Of a stretch of DNA of 6,421 nt, positions 4,954 through 6,421 are shown piece by piece. The stretch lies in the UHGV virus genome UHGV-0398751; one strand, 5' to 3'. This DNA is from a virus. Positions within the stretch are counted from its first letter, which is position 1. Every line of letters begins with the position of its first letter. The notes beneath the pieces were generated by a model. The model had not been told where the DNA came from. It did no database searches and saw only the letters and a program-made list of their open reading frames with translations. The translations under genes were made by a program, and so were the position numbers.

Positions 4954-6421
4954 TTAGTCAAGACGCGGTATTGCGACACGAGCGACAGGAAGTTTCACGG
5001 TGCAATCAATTAAAATCTGTCCGTAAACTTTATCCGTAACATCTGTAACACTGAATACATCTGTAACCTGATCAGGGTCTATCGTTAAGAAGCCTTGGGA
5101 AAGTTCCGGCTTTTTATCAAACACTCGATGCATTAAGAAGTTAGACAAATCAGTACGGAATAAGCCATGCGCCTGATCATAGCGCTGACAGTATTCATAC
5201 CACGGTCTTTGATAACCAAAGGTTTCCGTCAATGAATTAGGATCAGCATTATACGCCTGAATTGGACATACTTCCTTATAAGTAATTGGCTGGAATGATA
5301 TATTATTAAACTCAGGGTTGAAGTGATCTAAAAGTCCACGATACAAGAAATGTTTCGGCAATAATTGAGTATAAACAGGCAACGGAGTAATTACCAATAG
5401 ACCCATAATAATACTTTCTTCATCACAGAAGCACTCAATGTTAGCATCAGAACCTCCACGGAAATAACCTATACCTGCTTGCGAGCCAAGGACATCTTTG
5501 TAAGCACCTTCACCTTCAGCAGTTTGATCTACGGTTTGAGAAATAGCATTCATATTAATATCACGAGAGAAGCCTCCGAAGAATTCAGGTAACAGCAAAT
5601 CAGCGTAACGTACTTTAATATCGAAACGACCCTCAATGATTTCTTTATACGAGTAACCTTTACGCATGTTAAGCTCTAGGAATTTCTGGTAGGCGTTTAC
5701 ATTACGTAAATCAGTAATAGAGATACCACTAGTTACCAAATCAAAAAGTGTACGCGCGGAACGGACGGTTGTACCATTATCGAGCTCTACATATTTAACA
5801 CCTTTCAACTCGTCCTTGTCAGATTCAAATTCAAGAGAATAACGTTTTCCATCTTCGTCAACCATAGCTACTTTTGTCTGCTGCGTTAATGTCGGGTTAC
5901 CTTGTTCGTCGTAAACTCTAGTAACCTGATCATAAGTGGTGATACCTACAAGAGGCGCATTGCCTTGCTGTGGTGATTGAACGGAAGTCGTAAGAAAGTC
6001 TTTTTCCCAGTTGGCATAACGTAACTCATAAGGATATGTATCAGCTCCACCTTCATAAGTCGGGATCCATTGATTATATTGAACAACACCATCGATATAA
6101 TATGGATTATTACGATTGTCACGATAAATGGAATTATAAATACCTTCGTAAGCACGGGCAGCGTAGGCAGAGAGCTTGATTTGTTTATCCTTATTAGCCG
6201 AGTTCGAATTATAATACGGAGAATTCGATATAGAAAGTTCGGCAATATTAGGATTGACTTCCATATAAGAAACACTGCCTAAGGTACCTAAAAACAAACC
6301 ATTAGAACCAAGAGGAGACGAAAAATTAGATGCCTGAATAGACGGGAAATATAAGCGTAACTTAGCCATCCTGCTAACTACATCAGAAGTAAGAACAAGT
6401 GTAGCTTGGTTACTAGACAGC
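4954..6421 (-). CDS. VP1: Major capsid protein VP1, C-terminal 488 codons plus TAA stop at 4954..4956. The frame is open upstream of the listed ATG (6369) to the window edge, so this is the continuation of the 752..1 segment.
   Basis: ORF track shows a 471-aa protein. The 17 codons upstream (6420..6370: LSSNQATLVLTSDVVSR) have no stop. The frame joins the 5' segment if the window is circularised, giving about 739 aa in total. The size and composition fit the large VP1 of Bacteroidetes-associated microviruses. Confidence 0.88.
   Translation of the reverse strand, partial: LSSNQATLVLTSDVVSRMAKLRLYFPSIQASNFSSPLGSNGLFLGTLGSVSYMEVNPNIAELSISNSPYYNSNSANKDKQIKLSAYAARAYEGIYNSIYRDNRNNPYYIDGVVQYNQWIPTYEGGADTYPYELRYANWEKDFLTTSVQSPQQGNAPLVGITTYDQVTRVYDEQGNPTLTQQTKVAMVDEDGKRYSLEFESDKDELKGVKYVELDNGTTVRSARTLFDLVTSGISITDLRNVNAYQKFLELNMRKGYSYKEIIEGRFDIKVRYADLLLPEFFGGFSRDINMNAISQTVDQTAEGEGAYKDVLGSQAGIGYFRGGSDANIECFCDEESIIMGLLVITPLPVYTQLLPKHFLYRGLLDHFNPEFNNISFQPITYKEVCPIQAYNADPNSLTETFGYQRPWYEYCQRYDQAHGLFRTDLSNFLMHRVFDKKPELSQGFLTIDPDQVTDVFSVTDVTDKVYGQILIDCTVKLPVARVAIPRLD

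Noticed and set aside
1-6421. Search for CRISPR arrays, IS or transposon ends, integrase or attachment sites, and rRNA or tRNA genes.
   Set aside because: No direct-repeat and spacer periodicity, no terminal inverted repeats flanking a transposase-like ORF, no integrase-like ORF, and no structured RNA gene. The whole window is accounted for by a single microvirus genome.

Overview
The window reads as a complete circular Microviridae (ssDNA microvirus) genome of about 6.4 kb, linearised inside its major capsid protein gene. All confident genes lie on the minus strand. Reading in the direction of transcription they are: major capsid protein VP1, split across the window ends (752..1 continuing in frame from 6421 to 4954, about 739 aa); a 355-nt structured non-coding region; a 103-aa Cys/His-motif ORF; the pilot/minor capsid protein VP2 (4283..3114) followed by a clean intrinsic terminator; a 159-nt intergenic region; the rolling-circle HUH replication initiator VP4 (2954..1566); and four small overlapping ORFs (60, 95, 75 and 64 aa) that lead back into VP1. 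The VP1 to VP2 to VP4 order without a recognisable VP3 scaffold, the large VP1, the A/T-rich leaders without Shine-Dalgarno sequences and about 40% GC suggest a Bacteroidetes-associated (Alpavirinae-like) microvirus. I found no tRNA, rRNA, CRISPR, IS element or cellular gene. Points worth a second look: the lipoprotein-like 64-aa membrane ORF abutting the VP1 start, a candidate lysis or exclusion protein; the small-ORF accessory module that replaces VP3/VP5; the Cys/His-motif ORF between VP1 and VP2; and the hairpin-rich intergenic region after VP1 with a 38-nt GC-rich alternating purine-pyrimidine quasi-palindrome, a candidate ssDNA origin.
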